Source: Parcubacteria bacterium C7867-001 (GTDB taxonomy: Bacteria; Patescibacteriota; Minisyncoccia; Phycocordibacterales; Phycocordibacteraceae). From it: 64,000 nt of DNA. Position 1 is the stretch's first letter. Every line of letters starts with the position of its first letter. Where the stretch lies: positions 253,159 through 317,158 of the forward strand of contig LFCK01000001.1 in assembly GCA_001189095.1 (NCBI GenBank). Direction: 5' to 3'. A model generated the notes under the pieces. It ran no database searches and had not been told where the DNA came from. It was given only the letters and a program-made list of their open reading frames with translations. The position numbers and the translations under genes are program-made. Shown here in pieces: positions 49,164-59,552 of this stretch.

Positions 49164-50234
49164 ATGGCAAAGAACTACTACGACATTCTGGGCGTCGAAA
49201 AGAAGGCAACGCAGGACGATATCAAGAAAGCGTTCCGCAAGCTCGCACAAAAACACCATCCTGACAAAGGCGGTGACGAAGCGGTCTTCAAAGAAATCAC
49301 TGAAGCTTATTCGGTGCTTTCTGACGACAAACGCCGACGTGAATACGATTCCTACGGCCAGACGTTCGGGGGCACCGGCGCTGGTGCACGTGGTTTCGAC
49401 TTCAGCGGATTCCAAGGCTTCCAGCAGGGCGGCGTCGACTTCGACATCTCGGATCTCTTCGGAGACTTGGGCGATATCTTCAGCGCGAACATGGCAGGAG
49501 GGAATCGCCCACGACGCGGCCGCGATATTTCGATGGACGTCGAAATATCTTTCAAGGATTCCATCCTCGGCGTAAAGCGTTCGGTTCTTATCACAAAGAC
49601 CACTAAATGCGACATCTGCCGCGGCAGTGGCGCAAAAGCAGGAACAGAAATGGAGACCTGTGCGATCTGCAACGGCGCGGGCCGCATCCGCGAAGCGCGC
49701 GACTCCATCCTCGGCTCATTCACGTCAGTACGCCCGTGCGTTACCTGCGAAGGAACTGGCAAGATTCCGAAAGAGCGCTGCGTAAACTGCAAAGGTCATG
49801 GCGTCCTCCGCAAAGAAGAAGAAATCAAGCTCGATATTCCAGCAGGTATCGACAATGGCGAGATGATCCGTCTTCCAGCGCAAGGCGAAGCCGTAAAAGG
49901 CGGCGTCTCCGGCGACCTCTATGTGAAAGTGCATGTAAAGCCGCATCCAGTCTTCCACAAGGAAGGACTCAATATCGTCATGGACCTCCCAATAAAGCTC
50001 ACCGACGCTCTGCTCGGCACCACCGTTTCGATAACGACCATCGACGATAAGACGCTCGAGGTGAAAGTCCCGCCAATGACGCGCACGGAAGAACTCCTCC
50101 GCCTTCGCGGAAAGGGAATCACTCAGCAAAACATTCAGGGCGATATTCTCATCCGTCTCTCAATCGCACTTCCGAAGAAGCTCTCTGCGCACGCAAAGAA
50201 AACCTTTGAAGCCCTCAAGTCCGAAGGCCTCTAA
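49164..50234 (+). CDS. dnaJ: molecular chaperone DnaJ
   Basis: J domain with HPD (KHHPDK); G/F region; four CxxCxGxG zinc-finger repeats. Confidence 0.95.
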   Translation: MAKNYYDILGVEKKATQDDIKKAFRKLAQKHHPDKGGDEAVFKEITEAYSVLSDDKRRREYDSYGQTFGGTGAGARGFDFSGFQGFQQGGVDFDISDLFGDLGDIFSANMAGGNRPRRGRDISMDVEISFKDSILGVKRSVLITKTTKCDICRGSGAKAGTEMETCAICNGAGRIREARDSILGSFTSVRPCVTCEGTGKIPKERCVNCKGHGVLRKEEEIKLDIPAGIDNGEMIRLPAQGEAVKGGVSGDLYVKVHVKPHPVFHKEGLNIVMDLPIKLTDALLGTTVSITTIDDKTLEVKVPPMTRTEELLRLRGKGITQQNIQGDILIRLSIALPKKLSAHAKKTFEALKSEGL

Positions 50235-50296
50235 ACAACTCCTTGCACTTAGCTAACCACAAGCTGTCTGTTTTTATTGATGAAGTGCGCGTAAAA

Positions 50297-50400
50297 AATA
50301 ACTATAACTCTGGATATCCAGAGTTATAGTTATCTTGGTTTTTGAAAATCCGTTATTTCCAAGATTAACGATAATCTACAACGTTGTAGATTATCGTTAA
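50297..50400. repeat. two long perfect palindromes (32 bp and 36 bp) in an AT-rich intergenic region
   Basis: aactataactctggatatccagagttatagtt (50297-50328) and ttaacgataatctacaacgttgtagattatcgttaa (50365-50400). Confidence 0.7.
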
Positions 50401-50459
50401 TAGGGAGTTGTCCACGAAGTGAAAGCGTTTGGGGAGGGGAATGAGGCATACTAAGAGGA

Positions 50460-50978
50460 ATGGATATTGCGAATCAGGTAAGCGGCTACGCCACAACCTA
50501 CGCGCTTGATGCGTGGAGCATTGGTGGGAACTTCATCGCCTTCGGCGTGCTGACGATCGCACTTCTTCTCTTTGCGATGAAGGGCGGGCGCGGCGCAATG
50601 ATTTCGCTCATCGTCTCCATGTATGCGGGCTACGCGATATATCTCGTCTTCCCGTTCACGGATCTCGCGCTCGCCCTTGGCGGAACCGCGCTCGTTAAAG
50701 CGGTTATAAGCGTCGGACTTTTTGTGCTCGCGTCCATACTGCCGTTCCATTTCATTCATCGCATCACGAGCGCTGGATTCGGCAGTCTCACCATCATCCC
50801 GAATTTCTTTCTTGCGCTCCTTACGGCAGGATTTATTTTTGCACTTGGCTATCACTCCTTTGACGTTGCTCAGATTTACGCATTCCCTGAACCAATAAAG
50901 ACGCTTTTCGCCCCGAATGAATATTTCTTCTGGTGGTTCATCGCCCCGCTAGCGGGCCTCATTATCTTCGTGCACTAG
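50460..50978 (+). CDS. hypothetical integral membrane protein (172 aa)
   Basis: Five TM helices; RBS AAGAGGA. Confidence 0.5.
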   Translation: MDIANQVSGYATTYALDAWSIGGNFIAFGVLTIALLLFAMKGGRGAMISLIVSMYAGYAIYLVFPFTDLALALGGTALVKAVISVGLFVLASILPFHFIHRITSAGFGSLTIIPNFFLALLTAGFIFALGYHSFDVAQIYAFPEPIKTLFAPNEYFFWWFIAPLAGLIIFVH

Positions 50979-51211
50979 GCGTAGTGATCGTAGCCAGAGA
51001 GGTGCACGAGTAAATACGGAAAAAAAATTAAGGCCTCAAGTAGGATTAGTGCAAGGAAGGAGAAGGCGATCATCTCGCCGTTCACGAGCTCCCATTCGCG
51101 TTCCGTCATGCCGGAAAGAAGAGCGTGGAGAAAAAGGCCGCCCGCCCAAACGAAGGGTGCAGCGATTGAAACCCAAATCCGCATGTAGTCGCCGAATTCC
51201 TTATCACCCAT
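50975..51211 (-). CDS. hypothetical small membrane protein (78 aa; ORF extends to 51379)
   Basis: Two TM helices; start uncertain. Confidence 0.3.
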   Translation of the reverse strand: MGDKEFGDYMRIWVSIAAPFVWAGGLFLHALLSGMTEREWELVNGEMIAFSFLALILLEALIFFPYLLVHLSGYDHYA

Positions 51212-51306
51212 AGTATGGAAGGTATATACCACACCAATGCCTCCAGACCCTACGGAATAGGCCCTTGTGCGCCATACACTTGATTTTTTAGTAAATATGT
51301 GATATA

Positions 51307-51981
51307 GTGAACCCACAGCGGATTTGCCGCTTTTTGATCCTTCTAGATTGGGAGGTTCCATTGGATTTAACCGATCCATCAGTTGGCTTCGGCGTTGCGT
51401 CCGGAGTAGTGCAACTCATCGGGTACTGGATCTACAGCCAGTACTCGAGCAAAATCAACATCGGTTCGTGGATGATTTGGACGTTCGGAGCTTTCGTGGA
51501 GTTAGTCTCGTACTACTTCATGACGGAGGGTGATTTGGTAAAAATCATTCTCCCCGCAGCATGCGCTGTAGCGTGCATTCTGTGCTTCCTTACAGCGCTT
51601 GTGCGTAGACGCTTCGGGTGGCCCGACAAGGTCACTTGGTGGTTCGTCGGTGCAGATGTCGCGATCACCCTTGTCGGGCTCGCGCTTCACAATGCCACCG
51701 TAGCGAACCTGCTCTACCAGGTAAGCTTCGCACTTTCGCTCGTCCCCATGCTCCGCGGCATGATGCGAGATGAGGAACGAGAACATCCGTTCCCTTGGTT
51801 AGTTTGGTCCGTAGCATACGGACTGTTCTTGACCTCGGTCTCGCTTCGTACCGATTGGAGCGACTGGCGTCTGTGGAAAGACTGGCTCGACGTCGTGTAT
51901 CCCACGACAGGGCTCGTAACCCATTGGATCGTCTATCGCGCCGCTCAAAACTACTCCTATACTCGTCCGATCGACGACTAG
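51307..51981 (+). CDS. hypothetical integral membrane protein (~206-224 aa)
   Basis: Six or seven TM helices. GTG at 51307, or TTG at 51361 preceded by a GGGAGG RBS. Confidence 0.5.
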   Translation: MNPQRICRFLILLDWEVPLDLTDPSVGFGVASGVVQLIGYWIYSQYSSKINIGSWMIWTFGAFVELVSYYFMTEGDLVKIILPAACAVACILCFLTALVRRRFGWPDKVTWWFVGADVAITLVGLALHNATVANLLYQVSFALSLVPMLRGMMRDEEREHPFPWLVWSVAYGLFLTSVSLRTDWSDWRLWKDWLDVVYPTTGLVTHWIVYRAAQNYSYTRPIDD

Positions 51982-52081
51982 GACGTTGGGATCTTCGGCG
52001 CTTGCGCCGGAGATCCCTTTTCGTAGGGGGATAAACCCCGCATTACACAACAATTTGCTATAATTCGTCTAACGTATTGCC

Positions 52082-52558
52082 ATGAAGCATATCTATGTCG
52101 TTTCTAGCCCCATACACGGGCTTGGAGTGAATATCGGAGAACCAGCCAAGAAAGGTGAGGTTATTTCCCGTATCAAAGGCGAGATGAAATTCAAGGTGAA
52201 CCAAGACGAGCACGATGCGCTTGATAATCCGGACTGGGTAGGTGTCGCAAAGAATCAGTGGATTGATCCTGAAAAACCCTATAAATTCCTCAATCACTCC
52301 TGCAATCCTTCCGTTGGCATAAAGGGTCGCGTTACTTTGGTCGCGCTCCGCGACATGAAGGAGGGTGATGAAATTACCATCGACTACTCGACTATTGAGG
52401 GCGACCCTCGCTGGAAACTTCTTTGCGCATGCAAAGAAAAGGACTGCCGTAAGACAATTCGTTCTGTGCACTCACTTCCAGAAAAGCAATTTAAGAAGTA
52501 CCTACCCTATGTATCTACTCACTTCAAGAATGTATACTTGAAGGAACGATATGGGTAA
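52082..52558 (+). CDS. SET-domain protein (lysine methyltransferase fold)
   Basis: NHSCNPS motif, EITIDYS, and a post-SET Cys cluster CACKEKDC. Confidence 0.8.
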   Translation: MKHIYVVSSPIHGLGVNIGEPAKKGEVISRIKGEMKFKVNQDEHDALDNPDWVGVAKNQWIDPEKPYKFLNHSCNPSVGIKGRVTLVALRDMKEGDEITIDYSTIEGDPRWKLLCACKEKDCRKTIRSVHSLPEKQFKKYLPYVSTHFKNVYLKERYG

Positions 52559-52708
52559 GTCTCGGATATTCTTTATTTTTCTTTTTGTTCTGTTCATATG
52601 TTCCGTCGCAGCTACGTATTATAGATACGTGGTCTTGCAGGACTACGTGATCTTTACGAACGAAGATGATATTCCGAACGAATTTGATCCTTTGACGTAC
52701 ACAAGCAT

Positions 52709-54382
52709 ATGAACACTGAAGGAATTGGGGAATTGATACAGGCATGCGAATGGGCTCCGTCTCAATTTTTTATATTCTCAGCGAATGTATTTGACCCGCT
52801 CATTTACTATTCGCACTTCACCGCACTCCTTCTTTCTCTTGCCTTCGGTCTTTTCGTATTCATCAAAAACCGCACGAACATCGCTGCAAAGCTCCTTGTG
52901 TGGGTGCTCGTGTTCCTTTCGATATGGCTCATTGGTGACCTTATTCTGTGGGCGACGGAATACAGCCAAATAACTCTCTTCTCGTGGTCGGTTATCAATT
53001 TGGCTGAACCGTTTGTTTACGCACTCAGTCTCTACTTCGTCTATGCCTTTATCGATAAAAAGGACATTTCGTTCGGCACAAAGCTGCTGATATTCCTCCC
53101 ACTTCTTCCGACTATCCTCCTCACTCCCACGCGCGTGGCAATGCTCGGATACGATCTCGCAAACTGCGATCGTGACGCCATCGAAGGCGCTCTCGTGTAT
53201 TACGGATACTTCCTTGAAGTGCTCTATCTGCTCTGGATAGTTATCCTTGGTTTTGCGCGACACGCCAAAGCAACTCTGCGTGAACAAAAACAGCAGATCT
53301 TGCTCGTGTGCGTCGGTATTGTCCTCTTCCTCCTCTCCTTTGCATTCGGAAATATCATCGGTAGCCTCTTTGGTGACCTAGATTTCTTCGGTGACTACAG
53401 CTGGACCATCGGTCAATACGGCCTCTTCGGCGTACCAGTCTTCATCGGACTCCTCTCGTATCTCATCGTTCGATTCCGAGCCTTCAATATCGGTCTTATC
53501 GCGGTGCAAGCACTTATCGGCGCATTGTTTATCTTGCTCGCGTCGGAATTTGCATTCGTTACGACTGACTTGAATCGCATTCTCGTTTCAATCACGCTCA
53601 TCCTGACGATCGTACTTGGCTACATGCTCATCAAGAGCGTGCAGCGCGAAATAAAGCAGCGCGAACATATCGAACTTCTGGCGAAGGATTTGAGTGCGGC
53701 AAATGAGCGACAGGTTGCCCTCATCCATTTCATCACCCACCAGATCAAGGGCTTTGTGACCAAGTCGCGCAACGCGATGGCAGGAATTTTGGATGGCGAT
53801 TACGGGCAGGCTCCTGAAACGATGAAGCCACTCGTTCAGCAGGTGTTTGAGTCTGATACGCAGGGCGTGAGTACGATTCAAGAAATTTTAAACGCGTCGA
53901 ACATCAAGAGCGGTAAAGTGACCTACACCATGCAGCCGTTTGACCTCAAGGGCCTCATCGAAGAAGTAGTCGGAACACTCAAGAGCAACGCAGAAAAGAA
54001 GGGTCTCGCGCTCAACGCAAACCTCGGAGAGGCACTCACGGTGACTGGCGACCGCGCGCAGCTTATAAATGCGTACAAGAACATCGTCGATAACTCCATC
54101 AAATACACCCCGAAGGGAAGCGTGACCGTCTCGCTTGAGAAGAAAGACGGGAAGGCACTCTTCACAGTTACAGACACCGGCGTCGGAATCTCGGACGAGG
54201 ATAAGAAAAACCTCTTCACCGAAGGCGGCCATGGTAAGGAATCCACCAAAGTGAATGTCGACTCGACTGGTTTCGGCCTCTACATCGTGAAGAACATCAT
54301 CGAAGCACACAAAGGTCGCGTCTGGGCAGAATCAGACGGTCCAAACAAGGGCTCCCGCTTCTACATCGAACTTCCTGCATAG
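52709..54382 (+). CDS. sensor histidine kinase with an N-terminal multi-TM sensor region (orphan; no adjacent response regulator)
   Basis: H-box region HFITHQIKGF; HATPase_c N/G1/G2 boxes (NSIKYT, DTGVGI, GFGLYIV). Confidence 0.8.
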   Translation: MNTEGIGELIQACEWAPSQFFIFSANVFDPLIYYSHFTALLLSLAFGLFVFIKNRTNIAAKLLVWVLVFLSIWLIGDLILWATEYSQITLFSWSVINLAEPFVYALSLYFVYAFIDKKDISFGTKLLIFLPLLPTILLTPTRVAMLGYDLANCDRDAIEGALVYYGYFLEVLYLLWIVILGFARHAKATLREQKQQILLVCVGIVLFLLSFAFGNIIGSLFGDLDFFGDYSWTIGQYGLFGVPVFIGLLSYLIVRFRAFNIGLIAVQALIGALFILLASEFAFVTTDLNRILVSITLILTIVLGYMLIKSVQREIKQREHIELLAKDLSAANERQVALIHFITHQIKGFVTKSRNAMAGILDGDYGQAPETMKPLVQQVFESDTQGVSTIQEILNASNIKSGKVTYTMQPFDLKGLIEEVVGTLKSNAEKKGLALNANLGEALTVTGDRAQLINAYKNIVDNSIKYTPKGSVTVSLEKKDGKALFTVTDTGVGISDEDKKNLFTEGGHGKESTKVNVDSTGFGLYIVKNIIEAHKGRVWAESDGPNKGSRFYIELPA

Positions 54383-54415
54383 AAAAACCGGCCGCTCCGC
54401 GGCCGGTTTGCACTT
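54383..54415. terminator. bidirectional terminator
   Basis: aaaaaccggccgctccgcggccggtttgcac. Confidence 0.65.
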
Positions 54416-55115
54416 ACTTTTTGGTTTCTCTCTCGATCAGCTCCCGCTGCTCTTGCGTGAGCTTCGGGAGCTCACCTGATTCCTGATATTTTTTGAATAT
54501 CGGGAGCCAGTTTTCTCGGTGAACTTCAAGCACGACTTCGTCGACGTATGAACCGTTGTGGAAGTCATGATCTCGATGCCGCCCGCAGATGGCATATCCG
54601 CACTTGATCAGGTGTCCGATACTCGGAGCATTGAACGCCTTCACGCGGGAAATGAGCTTGCGGAGGCCCATGATGTTGAACGCGTGATGCTGGAGCCAGA
54701 GCTTTGACTCCGTTCCAACACCTTTACCACGACCTTGTTCGTCGCCAATCGCAGTTCCGGTAGTACCGAAACGATTGTGCCAATTGATGGCGTGAATGCC
54801 CGTGTGGCCGACGTACTGATAGAAAAAGTCGTCGCCTGTCGCCTGTACGCGTTTTAGAATCGCGAAGACTTCAGAATCCGTACTCCCCGGCAGCCCGCGA
54901 ACCCATTCAAGTCCGTTCGAAGGGTAGTAGGGGGCACGAATGTTCGTTGCCTCCAAACCCGACGGCAAGTTTGCCCATTTACTGAAGTCCTCGATGTAGG
55001 ACTCTTGCATGACGGCAAGCGCCATATGCTTGCCCTCATAACATACGAGATCTTTCACTGGTCTGTCCTTTCCGGTTGTCTCTCTCCATTTAGTCAGTAA
55101 AAATATATTTGTCAA
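54414..55115 (-). CDS. GNAT-family N-acetyltransferase (RimJ/RimL-like)
   Basis: Acetyl-CoA binding region IGDEQGRGKGVGTES...HAFN.MGLRKL. Confidence 0.7.
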   Translation of the reverse strand: MTNIFLLTKWRETTGKDRPVKDLVCYEGKHMALAVMQESYIEDFSKWANLPSGLEATNIRAPYYPSNGLEWVRGLPGSTDSEVFAILKRVQATGDDFFYQYVGHTGIHAINWHNRFGTTGTAIGDEQGRGKGVGTESKLWLQHHAFNIMGLRKLISRVKAFNAPSIGHLIKCGYAICGRHRDHDFHNGSYVDEVVLEVHRENWLPIFKKYQESGELPKLTQEQRELIERETKK

Positions 55116-55175
55116 GTTTTACTTGCCGAACGCCTGAAGCCTGCGTAGTGTGAACACTAGAAGAAAGGAGCTCTT

Positions 55176-55610
55176 ATGAGAGCCGTTATTTTTGATTTCA
55201 ATCGCACCCTACGGGAACACAAGGAGGAGAAACTTCTTCCTCATGCGTACGAAACACTTGTTGAGCTTAAGAAGAAAGGGTATCTACTCTATCTCCTCTC
55301 GCGCAAGGAGGGAGACCGAGCAAACCTTTTAGATTTGCTCGGTATCAACGACTTCTTCGATAAGATATTTTTCGTTGAAGATAAGAATCCGGAGACTTTT
55401 AAGGAAGTCCTTGCATGCCTTCCAGCCGGACTCGAGGAAGTGTTCGTCGTCGGTGATCATCGCCACGAAGAAATCCGCCTCGGAAACAGCTTCGGTCTCC
55501 GGACGATTTGGCTGAAACGAGGCGAGTTCGCGAATCTTCCAGAGAAGAACGCGTTCGATGCCCCGTGGAAAACCATCGTAGACCTTGAAGAAATCCGCGA
55601 GATTCTCTAA
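55176..55610 (+). CDS. small HAD-superfamily hydrolase-like protein
   Basis: Motif I-like VIFDFNRTL and motif IV-like VVGDHRHEE; terminator gcggcgcctccggcgccgctttttc follows. Confidence 0.45.
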   Translation: MRAVIFDFNRTLREHKEEKLLPHAYETLVELKKKGYLLYLLSRKEGDRANLLDLLGINDFFDKIFFVEDKNPETFKEVLACLPAGLEEVFVVGDHRHEEIRLGNSFGLRTIWLKRGEFANLPEKNAFDAPWKTIVDLEEIREIL

Positions 55611-55700
55611 CGCTAAGCGGCGCCTCCGGCGCCGCTTTTTCTTTACCTCATAGACCACTCGCACCCTGCGCCCACAGGGCGACCCAAAACTCTTTACATA

Positions 55701-57119
55701 GTGTCAAGTGACCTATACAGTGAAGGCGCAATGAAGAAACGCGTCGCGAAACGAAGCAGCGCTAAAAGCGATCCCAAGAAGTTCTGGAAGCTCGGCGTTG
55801 ACGACTTTAATACCGAACACTTTAGCGTAAACGCGGAAGGGCAGCTCATCGTGCACGAAGGAAAGCACCAGTACAACATTCTGGATGTTATTAAGAAATA
55901 CGGGACGTCTACTGAAATCGTATTTCCTACTATTATAGAAAACCGCGTACGCGATATCATCTCGACATTCGACGCCTATATAAAAATCCTTGGCTACAAG
56001 GGTAAGTACCGGTATCACTACCCGATGAAAGTGAATCAGAACAAGGAATTTGTTCTTCCTGCGGTAAATGTTGGAGCAAACGTTGACGTTTCAAGCTCCA
56101 ACGAGCTCTATATCGTAAAGCGTATGCTCGAGCAGGGCGTATTCCGGAAAAATATCCACATCATCTGCAACGGGCCAAAAACTCCGAGCTATATGGATCT
56201 TGTTGAAGAGCTCCGAGCGAAGAACCTCAACATTGTTCCTATCATTGAGGACTATGTAGAGCTCGAACGCATGAAGAAATTTAACGGCCCTGTCGGTATC
56301 CGCGTCAATTTAGACGTTAAGGTGAAAAGCCACTGGGATAAGAAGTTCAATCGTTTCGGCTTTACGGAAGCTGAACTTCTTAAGATAGGCAAGGTGCGCA
56401 ATCTTTCCATTCTTCACTACCACATCTCAAGCCAAGTGGAGACACTCGAAGGTTTTGCTGCTCCTTTGAAGCGCGCGATCGACCTCTACGCAAAAATGCG
56501 TGAGAAAAATCCTGGTCTCGATACGATCGATATTGGCGGCGGCGCTGCTATTCCGTATGAGAAGAAGCGACTCTACTCAACAAAAACCCTTATCCAACGC
56601 ATCGTTCGTACCGCGAAGACCCACGCGGACAAAATCGGAGTAAAGCACCCAAACCTGGTCAGTGAATGGGGCCGCTACGTTGCCGCGCCAGCACAGATAA
56701 CGCTCTACCGGATCATGACCGAGAAAGCCCTTGGACCCAAAGACGACCGGCGTTGGTACGTCATAGACGGAAGCTTTATGAATGACCTCCTCGATACGTG
56801 GGCCATTCATCAAAAGTGGCACGTCATCCCCGTGAACGCCCTGAACGCAAAGAAGCTCCGTCGTGTCTGGCTTGCCGGCTCATCATGCGACAGCGATGAC
56901 AAATATACCGCTGGAGGGACACACATCCTGCTTCCTGATCTCGAAACGAATAGGGAGTTGTATATCGCCGTGCTTGATACGGGCGCCTACCAAGATCCGC
57001 TCGCGTCGCATCACTGCCTCCTTTCAAGTCCTGCAAAACTTATTGCAGCAAACGGCGAGATAAAAATAGCGCGAAAACGCGAACAACCCGAGGAAGTTCG
57101 TAAACTGTTTGGGTGGTAG
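55701..57119 (+). CDS. PLP-dependent decarboxylase, Orn/DAP/Arg decarboxylase family (fold type III); diaminopimelate/arginine decarboxylase-like
   Basis: PLP-Lys motif YPMKVN; GGG loop DIGGGAAIPY; C-terminal GSSCDSDDK (the CxSxD substrate motif). Confidence 0.7.
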   Translation: MSSDLYSEGAMKKRVAKRSSAKSDPKKFWKLGVDDFNTEHFSVNAEGQLIVHEGKHQYNILDVIKKYGTSTEIVFPTIIENRVRDIISTFDAYIKILGYKGKYRYHYPMKVNQNKEFVLPAVNVGANVDVSSSNELYIVKRMLEQGVFRKNIHIICNGPKTPSYMDLVEELRAKNLNIVPIIEDYVELERMKKFNGPVGIRVNLDVKVKSHWDKKFNRFGFTEAELLKIGKVRNLSILHYHISSQVETLEGFAAPLKRAIDLYAKMREKNPGLDTIDIGGGAAIPYEKKRLYSTKTLIQRIVRTAKTHADKIGVKHPNLVSEWGRYVAAPAQITLYRIMTEKALGPKDDRRWYVIDGSFMNDLLDTWAIHQKWHVIPVNALNAKKLRRVWLAGSSCDSDDKYTAGGTHILLPDLETNRELYIAVLDTGAYQDPLASHHCLLSSPAKLIAANGEIKIARKREQPEEVRKLFGW

Positions 57120-57215
57120 GACTCGGTGCACGATAGTTGACTTTCTATATTGCTAAGGTATTGTTGCTTTAGAGGCTCTTGGATCCCCAAGAGCCCATAA
57201 CGTTGGAGTATAGAG

Positions 57216-57638
57216 ATGCCTTCGGTGTTAGAGGTTATCCGACGATCGCTCGAGCAACTCGAGCAAGAAGGGAAGTTGGCGCAAGTCGCTCCTGAAGAGG
57301 ACGCGAAAGACCATAAAATTGAATTTTTGGTTGCTCCGGTCCCGTCCTGCTACGATCAGGAACAACTGAAAGCGTTCGCGCTTCAGATGATTCCTCTCAC
57401 GACGAACTCAGTGTTCGGATTCATCCAGAACAGCTCGGTCCATTTCGGCGAACTCTACTTCTACGGCGGCAACGAGCCTGACTCTCGCCGCCATATCTCG
57501 ATTCGCGTATTTCCGAGCATCGCGGTTGCGCGCCACGTGAAGCAGACCGGACTCGGGAAAGCGCAAATGCGCACCAAGTTCGTCGCTGACTTCCAGCAAC
57601 GCGAAGATCGCGAAAAAAAACGAAAGTCCCCTCAGTGA
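57216..57638 (+). CDS. hypothetical protein (140 aa)
   Basis: Protein-like ORF preceded by a 9-bp-stem hairpin in the leader. Confidence 0.45.
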   Translation: MPSVLEVIRRSLEQLEQEGKLAQVAPEEDAKDHKIEFLVAPVPSCYDQEQLKAFALQMIPLTTNSVFGFIQNSSVHFGELYFYGGNEPDSRRHISIRVFPSIAVARHVKQTGLGKAQMRTKFVADFQQREDREKKRKSPQ

Positions 57639-57751
57639 CCAGTCACTGGAGGACGAGATTCCGCCATTTCCTAAGGAGGAGGTGGCGGACTTTTCTTTAT
57701 ATCCATACCGTGGCACACTCACTGCGGATTCCTTAGCTACAGGAGTGTTCA

Positions 57752-59509
57752 ATGAAGGAAGACCTTCTGCAGGCGAGCCTTGAAGCGTTTTCCGCGCTTC
57801 CTGAGTTTGCCCTCGCAGCACCAAAACTTAAGGTCGAAATTCCCCCTCGGGGGAAAGGCGACTACGCTCTCACCGTTATGGCATTTGCCCGAGCGCTCAA
57901 CCTGCCTCTCGAGGAGGTGGCGGCAACGATAACGGATCGACTTTCTCGCAGCTATTGGGTGACTTCAGCCGTGCATAACGGCCCGTTCCTCAATCTCGAG
58001 CTGGTCCCAAAAACGTTTTTCGAACTCGCCGTCCGCACAGCATCAAAGGGGCCGCTTGAAGCGGCAACCTGCGACAAGATCATGGTCGAGTACCTGTCGC
58101 CGAACACGAACAAACCCCTTCACTTGGGGCATGTCCGAAACGGCGTGCTGGGCACCGCGCTTTCCAACATCCTTGAAGCAGCTGGACACGACGTCGTTCG
58201 CACCAATTTGGTCAACGATCGCGGCGTCCATATCTGCAAAAGCATGCTCGGATATCTCGAATTCTTTCCCGAACGCTCTCCGGAGTCGGAAGGGAAGAAA
58301 GGCGACCACTTCGTTGGAGACTGCTACGTCGCGTATATGAAAGCGCGGAAAGCAGATCCCACGTATGACGAAGACAACGACGTCCCAGCAAAAGCCATGC
58401 TTGAACGCTGGGAAGCCGGCGACAAAGAAGTGCTCGAGCTGTGGGAGCGTATGAATCGTTGGGTCTACGACGGATTCGCCATTACCAATGAACGGTACGG
58501 ATTCTGGTTCGAGGCAACCTATCTCGAGTCAAACCTGTACCAACTTGGTAAGGACATCGTGATGGACGGGCTGGAACGCAAGGTTCTTACTCGTCTTCCC
58601 GACGGTTCAATCGTCTACCTTCTTCCCGAGGAGAAATTCGGGAGGGATCAGGAGGGTAAAATCCGCGTCGCAGGACTCCTGCGCGCGGAAGGAACCAGCC
58701 TCTACCTCACCCAAGATCTGGGTACCGCGGTAAAAAAAGTGGAGGACTACGCGCTCGATCGCTCGATTTACGTCGTCGCGACCGAGCAGGATCACCACTT
58801 CCGCGCGCTTTTCGAGATTTTGAAAGCGCTCGACTATCCGTGGGCAAATCGCTGCTACCACTTTTCCTACGGCATGGTTGAACTGCCTGACGGCAGGATG
58901 AAATCACGCGAAGGGAACGTGGTCGATGCTGATGACTTGCTCGACGAAATGACCGAGCTCGCTCGGGCAGAGATTGCGACGCGACGCGGCGATACGCTCT
59001 CCGGTGAAGAAATTCAGCGGCGCGCGAACATCATCGCTCTTGCGGCAATTCGACTCTACCTCTTGCGGTATACCCCGCACAAAAGAGTCCTCTTCGATCC
59101 GAGCCATTCGCTCTCTTTTGAAGGGGACACGGGTCCGTATTGTCTCTACGCCTACGCGCGGACAAAAAGCATCCTGCAGAAAGCGGTTCGGGAGCAGCCT
59201 CTGCTCGTAGAGCATGCGACACCCACGGCTTTTGAGAAACTCGGTACGGAAGACGAGCGTGTACTCGCTCGGTCAGTGCTGGAATTTCCGGAAGTCGTAC
59301 TGCGATCTGCCGAAAGCTACAATCCGTCGCTCGTTGCTAATGCGGTTCTCGCGCTCGCGCAGAACTTCAGTCGATTCTATCGGTCACATCCCGTGATCGG
59401 AGACGATGAAGAGCTCAGTCGGGCTCGGCTCGCGCTTGTGACGGCCGTCGGAACGATGCTTAAGCGGGGTCTTAACCTGCTTGGCATCGAGGTCCTCGAG
59501 GAGATGTAG
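57752..59509 (+). CDS. argS: arginyl-tRNA synthetase
   Basis: Class I HIGH variant PLHLGHVRNG; C-terminal DALR anticodon-binding domain; 585 aa. Confidence 0.95.
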   Translation: MKEDLLQASLEAFSALPEFALAAPKLKVEIPPRGKGDYALTVMAFARALNLPLEEVAATITDRLSRSYWVTSAVHNGPFLNLELVPKTFFELAVRTASKGPLEAATCDKIMVEYLSPNTNKPLHLGHVRNGVLGTALSNILEAAGHDVVRTNLVNDRGVHICKSMLGYLEFFPERSPESEGKKGDHFVGDCYVAYMKARKADPTYDEDNDVPAKAMLERWEAGDKEVLELWERMNRWVYDGFAITNERYGFWFEATYLESNLYQLGKDIVMDGLERKVLTRLPDGSIVYLLPEEKFGRDQEGKIRVAGLLRAEGTSLYLTQDLGTAVKKVEDYALDRSIYVVATEQDHHFRALFEILKALDYPWANRCYHFSYGMVELPDGRMKSREGNVVDADDLLDEMTELARAEIATRRGDTLSGEEIQRRANIIALAAIRLYLLRYTPHKRVLFDPSHSLSFEGDTGPYCLYAYARTKSILQKAVREQPLLVEHATPTAFEKLGTEDERVLARSVLEFPEVVLRSAESYNPSLVANAVLALAQNFSRFYRSHPVIGDDEELSRARLALVTAVGTMLKRGLNLLGIEVLEEM

Positions 59510-59518
59510 CTATCTCAT

Positions 59519-59552
59519 GTAACGCCCGGCCAACGGCCGGGCGTTTTCTTTA
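59519..59552 (+). terminator. intrinsic terminator
   Basis: taacgcccggccaacggccgggcgttttctttat. Confidence 0.7.

Noticed and set aside
50235-50290. Partial CIRCE-like sequence (ttgcacttagc) downstream of dnaJ, and a search for CIRCE upstream of grpE/dnaK
   Set aside because: Only one half-site-like fragment is present. The full TTAGCACTC-N9-GAGTGCTAA inverted repeat was not found by eye, so no HrcA operator is called.
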